NCBI RefSeq assembly: GCF_000143415.4
Contig: NW_003314279.1
Location: forward strand, 1,873,679-1,937,678
Source of the DNA: Selaginella moellendorffii
Lineage: Eukaryota > Plantae > Lycopodiophyta
Direction of reading: 5' to 3'
DNA length: 64,000 nt
In this document: piece by piece, positions 10,901 through 23,900 of the stretch
Layout: every line of letters starts with the position of its first letter
Numbering within the stretch: position 1 is the first letter of the stretch
Translations under genes and position numbers: made by a program
Notes under the pieces: generated by a model
The model's input: only the letters and a program-made list of their open reading frames with translations
What the model was told of the DNA's origin: nothing
Database searches by the model: none

Positions 10901-13278
10901 GGCTATAACCAGGTGCAGATAGCAAAAGAGGATCAACTCAAAACCACATTTGTGACTGAGTGGGGCTGCTACACCTACAAAGTTATGCCTTTCGGCCTGT
11001 GTAATGCACCTGCCACCTTTCAGTGGGTCGTCACAGCAGCTTTCCAGCCATACATGCGAGAGTTTATGGAAGTATTCCTTAACGACTTCAGTGTCTATGG
11101 GAGCGAGTTGGCACATGAAGGCCTGCTCAAGAAGTGTTTTGAACGCTGCCGGCACTATGGGATTTCTCTCAACCCGTTCAAGTGTCAATTCTTGGTAACG
11201 CATGGAGTGCTACTGGGTCAGATAGTGTCAAGAGAAGGTTTAGCTGTCGATCCGGCCAAGACTCAGGTGCTCATGCAGCTGGTGTCACAAGAGACTGGGA
11301 AGCAATTGCAGGCATTTCTTGGGCATGTGGGATATCACCGCCGTTTTGTGAAGAACTTTGCCGAGAAAGCTCTACCCTTGAATAGTCTGCTGAAGAAGGG
11401 GGCTAAATATGAGTGGACAGCTGCATGTGAGGCGGCCTTCCAACGCTTGAAACTGGCACTGGTGAACGCACCGATTCTGAAGATGCCGGATTAGAACCTG
11501 GAGTTCCATGTTTATGTGGATGCATCAGCAGTGGCCATTGGTGTGGTGCTGTGTCAACGCTCAAATGGATGAGCAGATCACCCAATATGTTACAGCAGCC
11601 GTCAACTTTCGACGGCTGAGAAGAGCTATTCAGCAACTGAGAGGGAAGGACTCAGCATGATCTATGCGATCCAGCAATATCGGCATTATCTACTCGGCAA
11701 GGAGTTCGTGTTTTTCCTCGATCATCAGGCACTGAAGTATTTAATAGGGAAGACATGCAAGACGGGAAGAATCACACGTTGGTTGTTGCTGCTCCAGGAA
11801 TTTCATTTCCGGATTGTGTTGAAACCTGGAAGCAGCCATCAGATGCCGAATCACTTATCGAGGCTGCCACCACAGGACAGTGATGAGGAAGTAGGCGTAG
11901 AGTATGATTTGCCAGATGCACCTATCTTCCAATTTGAAACGGTGCCAGACTGGTATGCCGAGATGGTTAAGTTCCTTGGCAATGGCGAGTATCCAGCAGG
12001 GTTGAATAACTGGCAGCAGCGACGGCTTCTGTTGCAGAGCCGACTCTACACGATGGTTGGCAGTGTATTGTACCGGGTTGGACGAGATAGCGTACTGAGG
12101 CGGTGTTTGCTACCCCATGAGACGACTAAGGTGATAGCGGCATGCCATGACTCGGCATATGGAGGCCACTTTGGAACAGAAGCGACGGTGGAGATTATTT
12201 TTAGAGCTGGATATTGGTGGCCGACATTGAGGAAGGAGGTTACATACTACGTCAAAACCTGTGACCCTTGTCAGCAAGCAGGGAAGCCTGATAAGCGTGA
12301 CTACCAGCCTCTTCATCCACTGCGTTTGAAAAATGGGGAATTGATTTTTGTGGACCGTTTCCTCCAGCTCGACAAACAGGTTATAAGTATGTACTGGTCT
12401 GCACTGATTACGTTACAAAATGGTCTGAGGTGAAGGCTCTACGGGAGGATACTGGTAAGAAGGTGGCGGAGTTTCTTTATGAGCAGATAATTACATGGTT
12501 TGGAGTTCCCCTCGAACTGGTGAGTGATCGGGGTACACACTTCTTGAACGAGGCAGTGGCAGCACTGACAGAAACTTATGGAGTTTATCACTCGAAGTCT
12601 ACTCCTTACTACCCACGTTGCAATGGTCAAGTGGAGCGTACAAATGGAACTCTATGCCGGATTGTTACTAAGACCTGCTCAGCTTCTCGGACGGATTGGG
12701 ATAAGCACCTGTTGGATGCAGTCTGGGCGTATCGGGTTGCTTTTAAGGTGACCACTCGGTTCTCACCTTTTCAGTTGGTTTATGGGCAGGAAGCACTATT
12801 GCTAGTGGAGCTTGAAGTTCCAGCCTTGAGGACGGCTGTGGAGCATGCTATGGACTAGGACGGTGCCATACAGTAGAGGTTGAACAAGCTAGAACGATTG
12901 GATGAGACGAGGCTGCTGGCATTTCAAGCTAGAGAGTCACTGCAGAAGCGGAGGAAGAAATGGCATGATGATCATATTCAAGAGCAAAAGTTTGCAATAG
13001 GGGATTTGGTGCTGCTGTATGACAGCAAGTTTTGGAAGTGGCCAGGAAAACTCAAGATACGGTGGCTGGGCCCTTACATGGTGGTGAATGTCAACGACAA
13101 TGGCTCAGTGCAGATGGCAGATTTGAGTGGGAACCTGCTGCCAACGCGGATCAATGGTTTCCGATTGAAGAAGTATCATCCACGTTCAAATGTTGAAACA
13201 GCCGGAGCTGAGCGAGAGTCCAATGTGTCGGAGTTGTCTGAATCAGAGTCGAGGATGCCCAGAGCTGAGGTCAGTTGA
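7948..13278 (+). pseudogene. gag-pol of element A with multiple premature stops and frameshifts
   Basis: Retrotransposon gag (DPDAHI..FE, LLGAAVEWY) and CCHC knuckles. Protease VIDGG and ILLGRPWL. RT LRVCVDYRKLN, LDRFSGYNQ, MPFGLCNAPATF, FLNDF. RNase H VDAS, TERE, DHQAL. Integrase HHCC, SDRGTHF, NGQVER, GKLKIRWLGPY. Confidence 0.93.
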
Positions 13279-13627
13279 GAGCTGTGGCTGTAAGCTGAAT
13301 GGGAAGTTCCAGAATCAAAAGGAGGTATGTTGTTTTCATTTAAGAACAAGCGTAGAAGATGCAGGTAGAGTTGGCTGCACATCCTTGAGAGGAGCAGCTG
13401 AAGGGGGAGAGTTTATGAGTTCAGGTGTGGAGCGCCAGGAAGATTTATTTGTGGAGGCTATAGACGTCAGTGGGGGCGAGCTCAGCAATAGTGTAGGAGA
13501 AGAGAGTTGAAAGAGGTGGAGTGTCACCGTGTGAGAAGTCAAATGGAGCCGAGTTGAGCGGTGTCCAAGGAAAGTGTAGCAGAGTTCAATCAGTGGTTAG
13601 TGGCAGTTAGTAGGCAGGGTGGTATGG

Positions 13628-14271
13628 TGTCAACCGTATATACGATTATATTTTCACACTTGAGGTTGCTTTTGTTAATACTGATGTATTTCTGAGCTAG
13701 AAAAAGGTGAAAGATGAAGAAGCTTGCTGAATAAGTTTCCTGGGAATATTCCAAGTAGAGAGAGAAAAAGTGACGAATTTCAGAAGTGAGAATTTGAAGA
13801 AGTTGTTTTCTATGAAGTTGAAGATCTGATCAAGGGAAGTTCTTTGAGTCAATCAGAGTTGTGGTTGAAGAGTTATTAGCTGGAAAAGTCTCAGCCGTTG
13901 GTTGGTGTTTAAGTTTTGGTAGTTTGAAATTAGGTACGGCCACTCAGTTATTTTTACAGTTCTTGTTTTCTCTCTTGGGTTCTTGAGTTCTTTCTGCTTC
14001 CCATAGGCCGTCGAGATCCCGTCACCAATCGTGTCACCAACAACATGCGGATAAAGCATGCAATCGAGGAGTTGAGAATTGAAGAGGAGCAGCAAATCTC
14101 AACTACCTGTCCAATCTGTGGTCAAGTGTGGTACCATTACCTATGTGTGATCATAGAGGAGTTACTGCAGGTCTAGCGCACTCAGTATGAGTGATTTGTA
14201 GTTACTGCTAAAATACAAGCTCTAGGGGAGTCTTTACCATCTTTCCTTGTTGTCATGTATTTTTCCTGACA
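13628..14271 (+). repeat. 3' LTR of element A
   Basis: Direct repeat of 5144-5644 plus 7442-7601, with about 10 differences in the first 120 bp and one deletion of about 16 bp. Confidence 0.95.
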
Positions 14272-16688
14272 GGTGTACAATGGTGAATACCAGTTCAGCA
14301 TTAAGGGAACAGTGCCAGTCACTGATGGAACTTGGCACCATGTTGCTGCAGTCCGAAATGGCACTGTTGGGTCTATCTACGTTGATTCTAAACTTGATAA
14401 GTCACAGAACGGCTCCAAGATAGTCAACCTCAATTCCAACCTACCTGTCTTCATTGGCTATGACCCCCGTGACAACAAACGCTACTTTCATGGTGAACTC
14501 TCAGATCTTCAGTGCTGCTGTTGTGCCTGTGGGCTTCAACCCAATGTCTATCTATGGAATCATGTAAGCTTATGCTCCTCTGACATGGATTCACATACGT
14601 AAATAAAGAGGAGCTGGTTTGTTATATTCTATGAAGTATGGCGTGCTTCTTATGAATTGAATGTAGAATATACATTTCTCTAGTGTCCATAGTTCCACAA
14701 TCCAACAAAGATGTATGGACAGAGTGGCAGCATTCAACATGTGTGGCAGTGCTTTGCCAGAATTCAGCAGCTGAGTGTTGTTTCAGGGAATGGCATGCTC
14801 GTACCGCTTGCCTGGAATGGGCATTTGCAGCCTGGACAACAGTATATCAATTTACTCGCTGAATAGGTACTTTGAGGGGCGTTTTAGACTCCATATAGAA
14901 CAGTTTCAGAAGATGCATGTGAGAAATGTGTATCTTGGAATGCCATCATCTGACAGAGCGACATTTTCATGGCTAAGGTGGTCTTAAATTTTAATTCTTG
15001 TATTTGTTGTTTGAAAATAAATTTTTGTTATATCATGTCAATACTAAATTTAAACCTCTGGTCACTCTTGGACCTTATTACCCTTGGAGGGCCTCCGCGC
15101 TAACATTGTATCGATATAATTTTTCAAGTTTATGTACTAAGCAGCTTTATTTTATTCTAAAAATGAAAAATAAAATAAAAAACAGAGAAAAAAAAACTTT
15201 ATCATCTCTTGCTGGGTTGCTTGTTGTCGTTGTTGATCTGGAGGAGGTTCTGGTCCATGGAGTTTGGTAGCAATGATATTGAGAGGTGACAGTGTTTGAT
15301 GCAAGAGATTCATAATGTTCTTACCAGACTTTGCCTATATTGTCGCCCCACCAGTACTGCTCAAACAATTCTTGCTCAGTGTGCTGATACGCCAAGGATC
15401 TGCACAGGAGAAAACGGGTCAAAAGCAGTGATGAACTAGTCAAATCGTTTGTTCTCACGCACCTGTTGAAGCACCAATTTGATCTGATCTTCTTTGTAGA
15501 CCAAAAAAACCGTGATCAAACCGGCACATCCCCTGATTTGTCTTGCACATTGATTTAAACTTGCATTTTCTAACAAGACAATGAGAATCCAACATAAGGA
15601 AGGTTGTAACAAGTGTAAAGCAGCGCGCGCCTCCACGACATCAAGCCCCAGATCATATCATCTTCAGGTCCGGTTCTTGACATCCATATCACCGCAAAGC
15701 CAAAGCTTCAACTGTGAGATTATACAGCTCAGGTATTCACACCCCGAGCCCTCATTTCCAAGCATTTTGAGCGTATAGTCCAGCCACGAGATGCTCAACC
15801 ACCATGTTCTTCTTGGTTAACTGCATCATCCTCTCCTCCGTAGTTCCCCTAGCACTGATTAGCGGAGCCTATATAGATCATCACCTGGACATATGGAAAA
15901 ATTTGAGTAACAGCATCTGGAACAAGTTTTAATACCTACTTTGCTCGTCTGACCCCATGAGCAAAATCAGCATGTGGATTTCAGTCACTAATGTTGATGA
16001 GTCATCTCAGAAACTCCACCTGCTGGTTAAGTACTGAAGATATTTCCCTTGGGCATCCTTGACCGCACCCCCCGCCCCCATATTAATAATATTAATAATA
16101 TTGTCTTCACTGCTTGTTCCACAAATGCAAAAGGAAAAACTGGAATGCTCCAGATTGCATGATCTGGATTGCTTTAAGGAAATTCTTACAGCTTTCAAGA
16201 TTATTTCGTTTCTGAAAAGGGCATGTGATTGAAATTTTCTAACTAGTTCCAGTAGAACGTGTCTGTATTTCTCATCCATGAAGCCGCTGCTGAGGGCAAG
16301 GGTAGCAGAGACAGTTCCATCATGAATTTCTGGAATGTCCTCACTTCTGGTTGTTGATCGAACAAAGGCGCTCAAGGAAATTCTGTGTGATGAAGGGCTT
16401 GCAGCTTAAGGAGCGAGAGCTGGAGTCGATCGACATCGGCACGCTCCATGGACGTGAATAAGAGCACGCTCAAGTTTGAGATTCCTGAAATCCAACTCTA
16501 AAATAACTCCAATGATCAATAATATTAGTTTTATTTGATTGTTTATTAATTTTATACTTGACCACATGGTAAAATCCTTTCCTTCTCTCCTAATCTATGG
16601 GCTCTAGAGCTATATTTCCAGTATGATAGAGTTTTTGCCAAATGGCCGTGCAGGATTGTGTCGAGATTTCTCGAGGTGGACCACATGC

Positions 16689-16691
<3 letters not shown>

Positions 16692-16721
<30 letters not shown>
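16692..16721. repeat. (CT)n microsatellite
   Basis: About 15 CT units are visible. Confidence 0.95.
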
Positions 16722-16723
<2 letters not shown>

Positions 16724-17008
16724 AATGGGGAGATAATTTTTTAAAAAAAATTAAATAATTTTTTTCATTTTATTAAATTATTTAAATATATGAGGTCCAA
16801 GTGTATAGTTATAATGCTATATATTAATATTAACATAATGGGATTTTAATATCTGTCAGATTGGTTTTAATCCAGACCACTTTGCTTTTGTATATAAACT
16901 AGGGTTTTTGGGTTAACATTCTCTTTTCCTCACACATTTATAATTATGTTTTACATTAATGTGTTATTGAAGTAACGTAATGTTTTAGACTAGATTTATA
17001 AACTCCAT

Positions 17009-17914
17009 TTAGACATAGGAAGCCCAAATTGCTTTTACATGATGCATTCCATCAAAAGGCGTGTACTTGTAGATCACAAAGTTGCCATCGTCCTGAAGGG
17101 ATGCTGTATAGCTTGCTGTAGCATCGTCAGCAATTTTTGACTCCCATGCTGGATTCTCATTCTCTCGCTTGTACACAGCTAAGACACCATTCTTGTGAAG
17201 GATGGCATAACAGTTGCTGCCTTTGCCCCGAGAATTGCTTGCCCATCTAGCCACATTCTGGCCATCATAGAGGACAAGGTTGCAATCATTCTGCATGACC
17301 AGCGTGTAGCATGCATTTGCTGACCTGAGATAGTGATTGGTGTATATGTACGTCCCATCCTCGTACTTGTCCGTATAATCAACCTTGCTGAACAGCGTAT
17401 TCAATTTGGGATCACAGTCCCCTTGCACATTAGGTCTGGCAAGTTCAGGTGCAAGCACTCCTGGCTGTGCAGCAGCACGGGCACCAGTACTGGTATCACC
17501 AGTTTCCTGACACCGAATCTGCAAGATGTGCTCGGTACCTACAATGCTAGCAAATCCACCTCTGATGGCTTGTTTCCGCAAGTGTAGCAGGAGCTCCACA
17601 GCATACTTATTCAGCCGCTTCCACGGTACCAAGTTTGACCACTGTGGGTCAGATGAACACGACTCTTCGTTCAACAACCAAGCCTCAACCCAGACACTTC
17701 TTCCCTCGACATTGATAATTTTATCTACAAGTATTTGGCCAGCATAGTAAGCGTCCCTATAAGGAACAATTTGTAAGAAATTCACGACTTCATTCATGAG
17801 CACACCGGCCCCTTGCTGAGTTAGTCTACCAGGTGACCCTGTAGGGTTTATCGACACCCCATGAGAAACAACCAAACACAGGCAAAGCATGGATGCCACA
17901 AGAAGGAGAGACAT
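17009..17914 (-). CDS. Secreted chimeric lectin: signal peptide, an N-terminal domain of about 115 aa (KP4-like by eye), a linker and a C-terminal bulb-type (GNA) mannose-binding domain; 301 aa, intronless
   Basis: The ATG at 17914 gives MSLLLVASMLCLCLVVSHG. TATAAATA lies about 80 nt upstream (reverse complement of 17992-17999). QxDxNxVxY motifs MQNDCNLVLY and LQDDGNFVIY are intact, LHKNGVLAVY is degenerate, and WAS/WES repeats are present. The frame is open to the TAA at 17009. Confidence 0.88.
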   Translation of the reverse strand: MSLLLVASMLCLCLVVSHGVSINPTGSPGRLTQQGAGVLMNEVVNFLQIVPYRDAYYAGQILVDKIINVEGRSVWVEAWLLNEESCSSDPQWSNLVPWKRLNKYAVELLLHLRKQAIRGGFASIVGTEHILQIRCQETGDTSTGARAAAQPGVLAPELARPNVQGDCDPKLNTLFSKVDYTDKYEDGTYIYTNHYLRSANACYTLVMQNDCNLVLYDGQNVARWASNSRGKGSNCYAILHKNGVLAVYKRENENPAWESKIADDATASYTASLQDDGNFVIYKYTPFDGMHHVKAIWASYV

Positions 17915-20900
17915 GGTTTCTCTATTATGGAAATGCATGCTCACAGAATTTGCTGACAGACTTTCACAACACGAATGCATCATACACTTCCTATTTATAT
18001 GGAAGAGGAGGTGGAGGACAAACATGGATGACAATATTTTCCTTTGCTGCAATGCCGTGGCAGAAATGGTCGTCATAACATGGTTATTCATAGTACGCAA
18101 GTGCACGTGCCTTTGCCTTGTAGCTGTTCTTTACCTTGTAGCTCTGAATCGAGGTGTCGAGGTGTTTACCTTGCATGAGCCCCACAGAGTCGACCAGAGG
18201 GACAAAGAACAGCCTGAACACCTCTGGCAGTGGTTTTCCAACGAACACAAGCATTACAAGACAAAAACATGTGTATTATATAGTAATATTATTATTTTAT
18301 TATATTATTTCTTACTTTATGTTTCCTTTTCTTTTTTGCTTTTCTATCCGACAGTACCCTTGGCGATTTTGTGTCTATCATGGTCCGACTCCAGTTCAAA
18401 TCAGTGGGATTTGTGAGAGATTCGTCTGGGAAAGCGCATGCTGCAACTTGTGCAAACGATCGGAACCACTGGTTGTGCCACTGGATGAGAGAGGAGCGGA
18501 AAAGATAAGGGTGAGGAAGTGGAGAGTGCTCTGAAAGGAGGTTGATGATCTGACACATTCAGATGGGTCACAGCAATCACAAAGAATTTTTTTGGATTGT
18601 GACAATGGTTGATTCTGATCTTTGCACTGCCTTTCATGGGAGTTGTCTTCTGAATAGACAACTTCAATAACTTGTGAGTTGTGCTTGCAGTGTGTCAATT
18701 TTTATGAAAGTCGCCAGGATTCTGCTAGGCTGGTGCACAAACAAGAGCTGTGAACCCCATTCCTTCATACAAGCAGTTGCAATCCATCCAATTCTTCACA
18801 GGCATTGATCTGGATGATCTAGAGACGGAGATGAGTCCCTCATTTAAAATATAAAATTGGAAATTTCAAAATAAATAATAAAATAATGTAATATTTTTAT
18901 TCAGATTACTTGCTCTTGAAATTTCTTCAAGATGGCTTATGCACAAACATCAGCTCACCAGCTTCAAGTGGAAAGATTGGCTGAGTGTAAGTTAAAAGGC
19001 CCTAGGTTTACATATCATAGCTATGACCAGAATGTTGATTAGGGACCACCACACTCACAAAGCCAGCCTAATAATTCATCACAAAAATCCAAACTTAAAA
19101 CAGTTGAAAGGAAAAAAGCAAATATAAAAAGAAAAAAGAGAACAAAACAAAACTGACACAAAACAGCAAACCTTGTGGAACACAGCTTTATAACAAGAAA
19201 CAAGCAAAAGAAGAGCTCAAAGCACATGTTGTATAGTACTAGAGCAAGTATGTGGTGAAGAGGGCTCCTTTGTGGTGGCACCACTTTATTTGTTTGCAGC
19301 ATAGAACACAACACTTGACCTATGGCTTTGAGAACACTGTCAGCTCACATTCATAGACAAGCATTGTGGGGTGTGTGGTCACACCCCACAATTGGCTTAG
19401 CTTCACTAGAATCAGCTGGCCCTTAAAATTGTTCATAGAGATTTTCAGGAGAACATAACATTGTCTTGTTCTCAAGACCATCTTGCTCTCAAGCCATGGA
19501 TACGCCTACAATGATTGAGGGCAAAGAATTACTGGCCACGAGCAAAGCATCCCATGGAAAGGCAGTTATTTTGAAGAATGATGAGCAAGTGGAGGAACTT
19601 TTTCCAGTGGAGACACTCAAGCATATAAGCTTGCTAAATTTCATGAGATCAAGTTGGCTGTTCTTTGTGAAGTTGGTAGCACAGGCTCATCACTAAGTTG
19701 TTTGGCTAAATTTTAAAACTTTAAAAGATTACATCATTTCCAATTTATAGTATGGAAGAGATATTTCAAAGGAAGGCTTAAGAAGAAATGAGAAAACAAA
19801 ATTTGGAGACATTAAATGATAGCATATTAGTCTGAAATCCAAAACTCATGCATGATATCGCTTTAAAAAGTATTAATGATAGAGGTCAATTTTTTTTTGT
19901 TTTGTGTTATGTACTAGATTCTATAAAATTGCATCTTTTTAATATTATAACTTTGCACTTACTTGGCTCTTTAACACACTTGATTTAGAAATTTTTTATT
20001 AGGGTAAATTATTTAATTTGAGTCAATTATTAATTTAAAAAAATCATAATAAACTCAACAAATCAAATCTGTTGTCTATATGTACATGAATTATGAACAA
20101 ATTTATTACATTAGCCATAATTAATTTAGCCTTAAATTAATTAATGTAGAAAATATTATATATTAATATGTTAATTTTATTATTTTATTTAAGATTAAAT
20201 TTATTAATTTGAGCCAATTTGTGGCCAATGTAATGAACTTGGCCATAATTCATGTACTTGTAGACAATCCATTTGATTATGTTGAATTTATCATGTTTTA
20301 TTTAGTTAATAAGTTAACTCAATTATTTATTTTACCCTAAATTAAATAATTTTCCCTAATTAATTCTTTTTGGCTCAATTTAAAAAAATATTTGAAAAAT
20401 AATGGGATTCTGATCCACCTCTTCTTCTATATAACCTAGGGTTTTGAACTAATATAAATATACATATTATACATAGGAGATGAAAGGCAATATTAAGAGT
20501 AATTGAATTTATGTTTTTTTTTAATTTAACTTTTACATTGTTTAGATTTCTTTTGTTCTCGTAAATTTTTCCATTTCTTTTTTATTGCTCTCTTTCATCA
20601 AGAGGTTCATTCAATACCTATTTAATCAAATGTTTACTTTCCAATTTTTTTTATAATAAGAGGTTTATCCTTTTTTGTGTTTTCTGATATGAATTTAAAT
20701 TTATCTTCTATTGCTCTGTCTGTTATTATATATTATTATCTACATTTGCATCATATGGTAAAGTTAGTCTTCATTCTCTATAGCAACAGTTATACGTATA
20801 TGTGTAGCATAAGATAAATTTAATTGTGTGATCATGAGTTTGAGTTTAAATTATTATGGATAGTGTTAAGTCAAAATTTTATTGTATGATTGTTCGATTT

Positions 20901-23900
20901 GAATAATACTTTTGCAACTTTCCAGTGGATAATAGATAAGTTTCTCTATAATATACTAGAAATGACTACTAACATTATTGTTCATGCTTTAATCCATGTA
21001 TGTTTATAATATCCAAACGGTTTTAAATTAATTATGTCAAATTGATTTGGGATCTAAACAAGAAATTAGACTACTTTAGTTTTAAGATTTATCTTGGGTT
21101 TTGCATTTCTCATAAAAACATACAAGTTGATCTTGAAAAATTTATAATTATTTTAAATTTTGATAGTAGAATCAATTATAGTTTCCCATTTATTTGTGTT
21201 GATAGTGTTTGATTTAATAAGGTTTTTTTGTGGTTAAATACTGCTAATCCAACTATTTAACTCATTAATAGAAGTTTTATTTGCAATTGTTGTTAGATAT
21301 TTTTTGTCAAATGGTGTTCCAAAACAATGGATCAAATAATGATTCCATGAAGCATTTTATATTTTAATATCTCAATTAGGGATACACCCACGTTATTTAT
21401 TAATAAATAATATTTTTAATGAAATAATTCATTATGAGCTTCAGAGGGATGATTTCAAAGTATATAGAATTTTAATATTTAAATTGTGATGCTTATTTAT
21501 TATCTTTTTAGCTTACATATATTATAGGGGTGTAAGTTTTGTTAATGTTTCATTATAAAAACTCATATATAGTCATAATTTTATATTGCTAATGTAGTTA
21601 GTTTATATTTACGATAGTTGATAATGTTAGGTTTTGGGATTAGTATTTAACAAGCATTTTTCCATTAGTCCAAGTAAAACTTTTTAAACACTTAAACATA
21701 TAAATTATACTTCCCAATCTTATAATGCATAGTTTGTTTAAAAGGTTTTCTGCCCAATAGAAGGGATTATCAAGTATTATAGCAAGTTGAATTATGTTTA
21801 TAAGATTTAACATGACATTTAGGAAACAAATCTTTTAGAAATTATATATATGTAAACATTAAACCATTTTACAAAAGGATCATGAATAAATTATACTATC
21901 TATGAATGCACTAGTGCCTCTTCTTGATATTTTTCTAGCATTGACTCTCATTCTAAAAGGAGTTATATTATTGTATATTATTAATAATGTAGTGAAACTT
22001 TAATAGATACTGGATTGGATTCAATTTAAACCACTTGCTACTCTAAAACAATTAGCTAAATAATTTAATTATATTTTCCCACACGATTGCAAAACTAAAA
22101 TTTCAAATCCCCAACTGTAGTGTGGCAATAGAGAGATTGCATTAGATCTCTTCTCTGAAATAAAGTGCTAAGGATTAGTTAAATAAAAATTTAGAATAAA
22201 CCAATATCTTATGTTAAGGTGGGTTCCATACATCCCTCACTTGGAAATTTCTCCACCATGGAAAAAAAAACTCCCCCCTTTTAAAATTTTAAGGTTACAT
22301 GTAACTCTGTTTTACTAATATAAATGTATGATTAAAAAATGAAAACATGGCAAGACGAAGTTTCCAATTCAATTTTATACCATAATTTTTCAAAAATATA
22401 TTAATAAACTAGCAAAAAATCCAGCTCTCCTGGCCTATAAAAATAAATTTTTAATGATGTCTTACTAAAATAGAAACATTGTTCAAAAGAAATCTTGTAA
22501 ATCTTTTTAAAGTACATAAATAACATATGAAATAAATTACATGTTGATTTTCATGATCTGCTCAAAATCTTCATTTGGTAAAATAAAAAATAATAATGAA
22601 GTTTTTATAAGTGAAATTTAATAATAAATCTATGTCCAAATAAACTAAATTGCTGACTTTTAAAATTAACTCAGAGATATTTATATCACTTTTTAGTAAA
22701 AATAAATCAATATATACAAAATATTATATATACAGCTTAACAAACTCCCATGTATACTTTAAAAATTAAAGATGTGCATATTCATAAAAGTCTAGATAGT
22801 TATATTAGTTTCTTATAAACATTATTATCTAGTTATTATAAACATCTAAAAGCTTGAATTTAATTATTTTAACTTCACATAAAATATTTTGAAGTAATAT
22901 CTGTTTTCAAAATTTTTGTTATTTGACTTAATAGAATTGCATTACAGAAATTTTCTCCTAGAAAATAGACTAATAACATTAGCTCTCTTGTGTCAAAGTC
23001 TTTTCTTTCTATCTACCAATCTCAAGTGGCAATTAGAGAAGCCAGCAATTCCATCTTTAAGAGAAAGAGGGTAATCCATGAGTTGCACTCCATTGCTTTC
23101 AAGAATAATATTAGCAAAGATCATTACATGTCTAAGGTGGAAGCTATGGAGTACATGTTGAGCTATGCCCAAGTAGAAAAAGAGGATGCATGACATTAAG
23201 GATGCAAAAGTAGATCCTATGAAGTTTTTGAAACTTTAGATTTGTTTAAATAGAGAACAAAAGAATTCACCTATCTATACAAAATAGAAGCACTTACAAA
23301 GAACATAAGCAATTGGAGTTTATGTAAATGCTGCATGGAGGCATTTGCATAGCAGCTACATATGGATGTCAACATACTTAAATATGGATCAAACTCCAAA
23401 TTTTATGTATTTTTGCTCTCAACTAATGTGAATAAACAACCTTACTCCTCAATAGTGTTCACCTTTGTATAAAACAGGGGTGTATTTCCATATTTAGAGC
23501 CTACACATTGCTTTATTAAGTAGTACATCTATATATTTGTTCTACAGATAAAATTGAGATGTAAAATGAAAACTCAATCTAATGGGTGGTGCTCATAATA
23601 TTAATTCATGCTTATAAACAAAATAAATTACCCCATTAAAATTACCTTTTCTTCTTCTTCTTTTTAGTATTGTAGCCGTTACCACTATATGCTATGCATG
23701 CTTGTCTAGTCATTTGCAAATTTGATGATGTGTGTAGCAGCCAGAAGTAAAAGCCACAATCACATAGTCAACTTGCAAGAGTTTATAAATGAAAAATACT
23801 TATAAAACTATAGGGAAAACCATTACATTTCGGCAATACTCATTTGTTTATTGCATTATTCTAGATTCTCAAGAACTACCTATATTGTCAAGCCTTGTGT

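Larger units (their letters stand above)
5144..14271 (+). mobile_element. Ty3/gypsy LTR retrotransposon A (non-chromovirus, Athila-like), full-length and decayed
   Basis: TSD GGTGT at 5139-5143 and 14272-14276. LTRs run TGTCA...TGACA at 5144-7601 (interrupted) and 13628-14271. PBS TGGTGTGTTAGCTGGGA at 7607. A purine-rich tract precedes 13628. Order is gag-PR-RT-RH-IN with no chromodomain. Confidence 0.95.
4727..14602 (+). pseudogene. Secreted LamG-like (concanavalin A-like jellyroll, Laminin_G_3 type) protein gene, split by LTR element A
   Basis: The ATG at 4727 encodes a signal peptide (MASRLSFYFALAVLLLLIPFL), followed by a frameshift near 4789. Next is LFAWWKLNEKIGYLVADSSGN...FDG...FAVHAWVK, a TAG at 5053, and ...WWLWILNGNLWFTV. 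Removing element A and one GGTGT TSD copy lets the frame continue exactly into YNGEYQF...DGTWHHVAAVRNG...IYVD...FIGYD...YFHGELSDL (stop at 14602). No introns. Confidence 0.88.

Noticed and set aside
8216-13542. Antisense ORFs over element A (for example 10439-11203), and likewise over C, D and the ABCG gene
   Set aside because: They are shadow ORFs opposite real coding sequence, with no independent motifs.
15190-16450. Minus-strand stretch with short GT-AG introns that looks like a decayed gene
   Set aside because: Stops interrupt the frames I read and I recognise no family, so I cannot support a product call.
17915-18106. 64-aa N-terminal extension of the lectin ORF
   Set aside because: It spans the TATA box and 5' UTR. 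The signal peptide starts at ATG 17914.
18140-18830. Plus-strand exon-like ORF pieces (LHEPHRVDQRD..., YPWRFCVYHGP...)
   Set aside because: There is no recognisable domain or consistent gene model.
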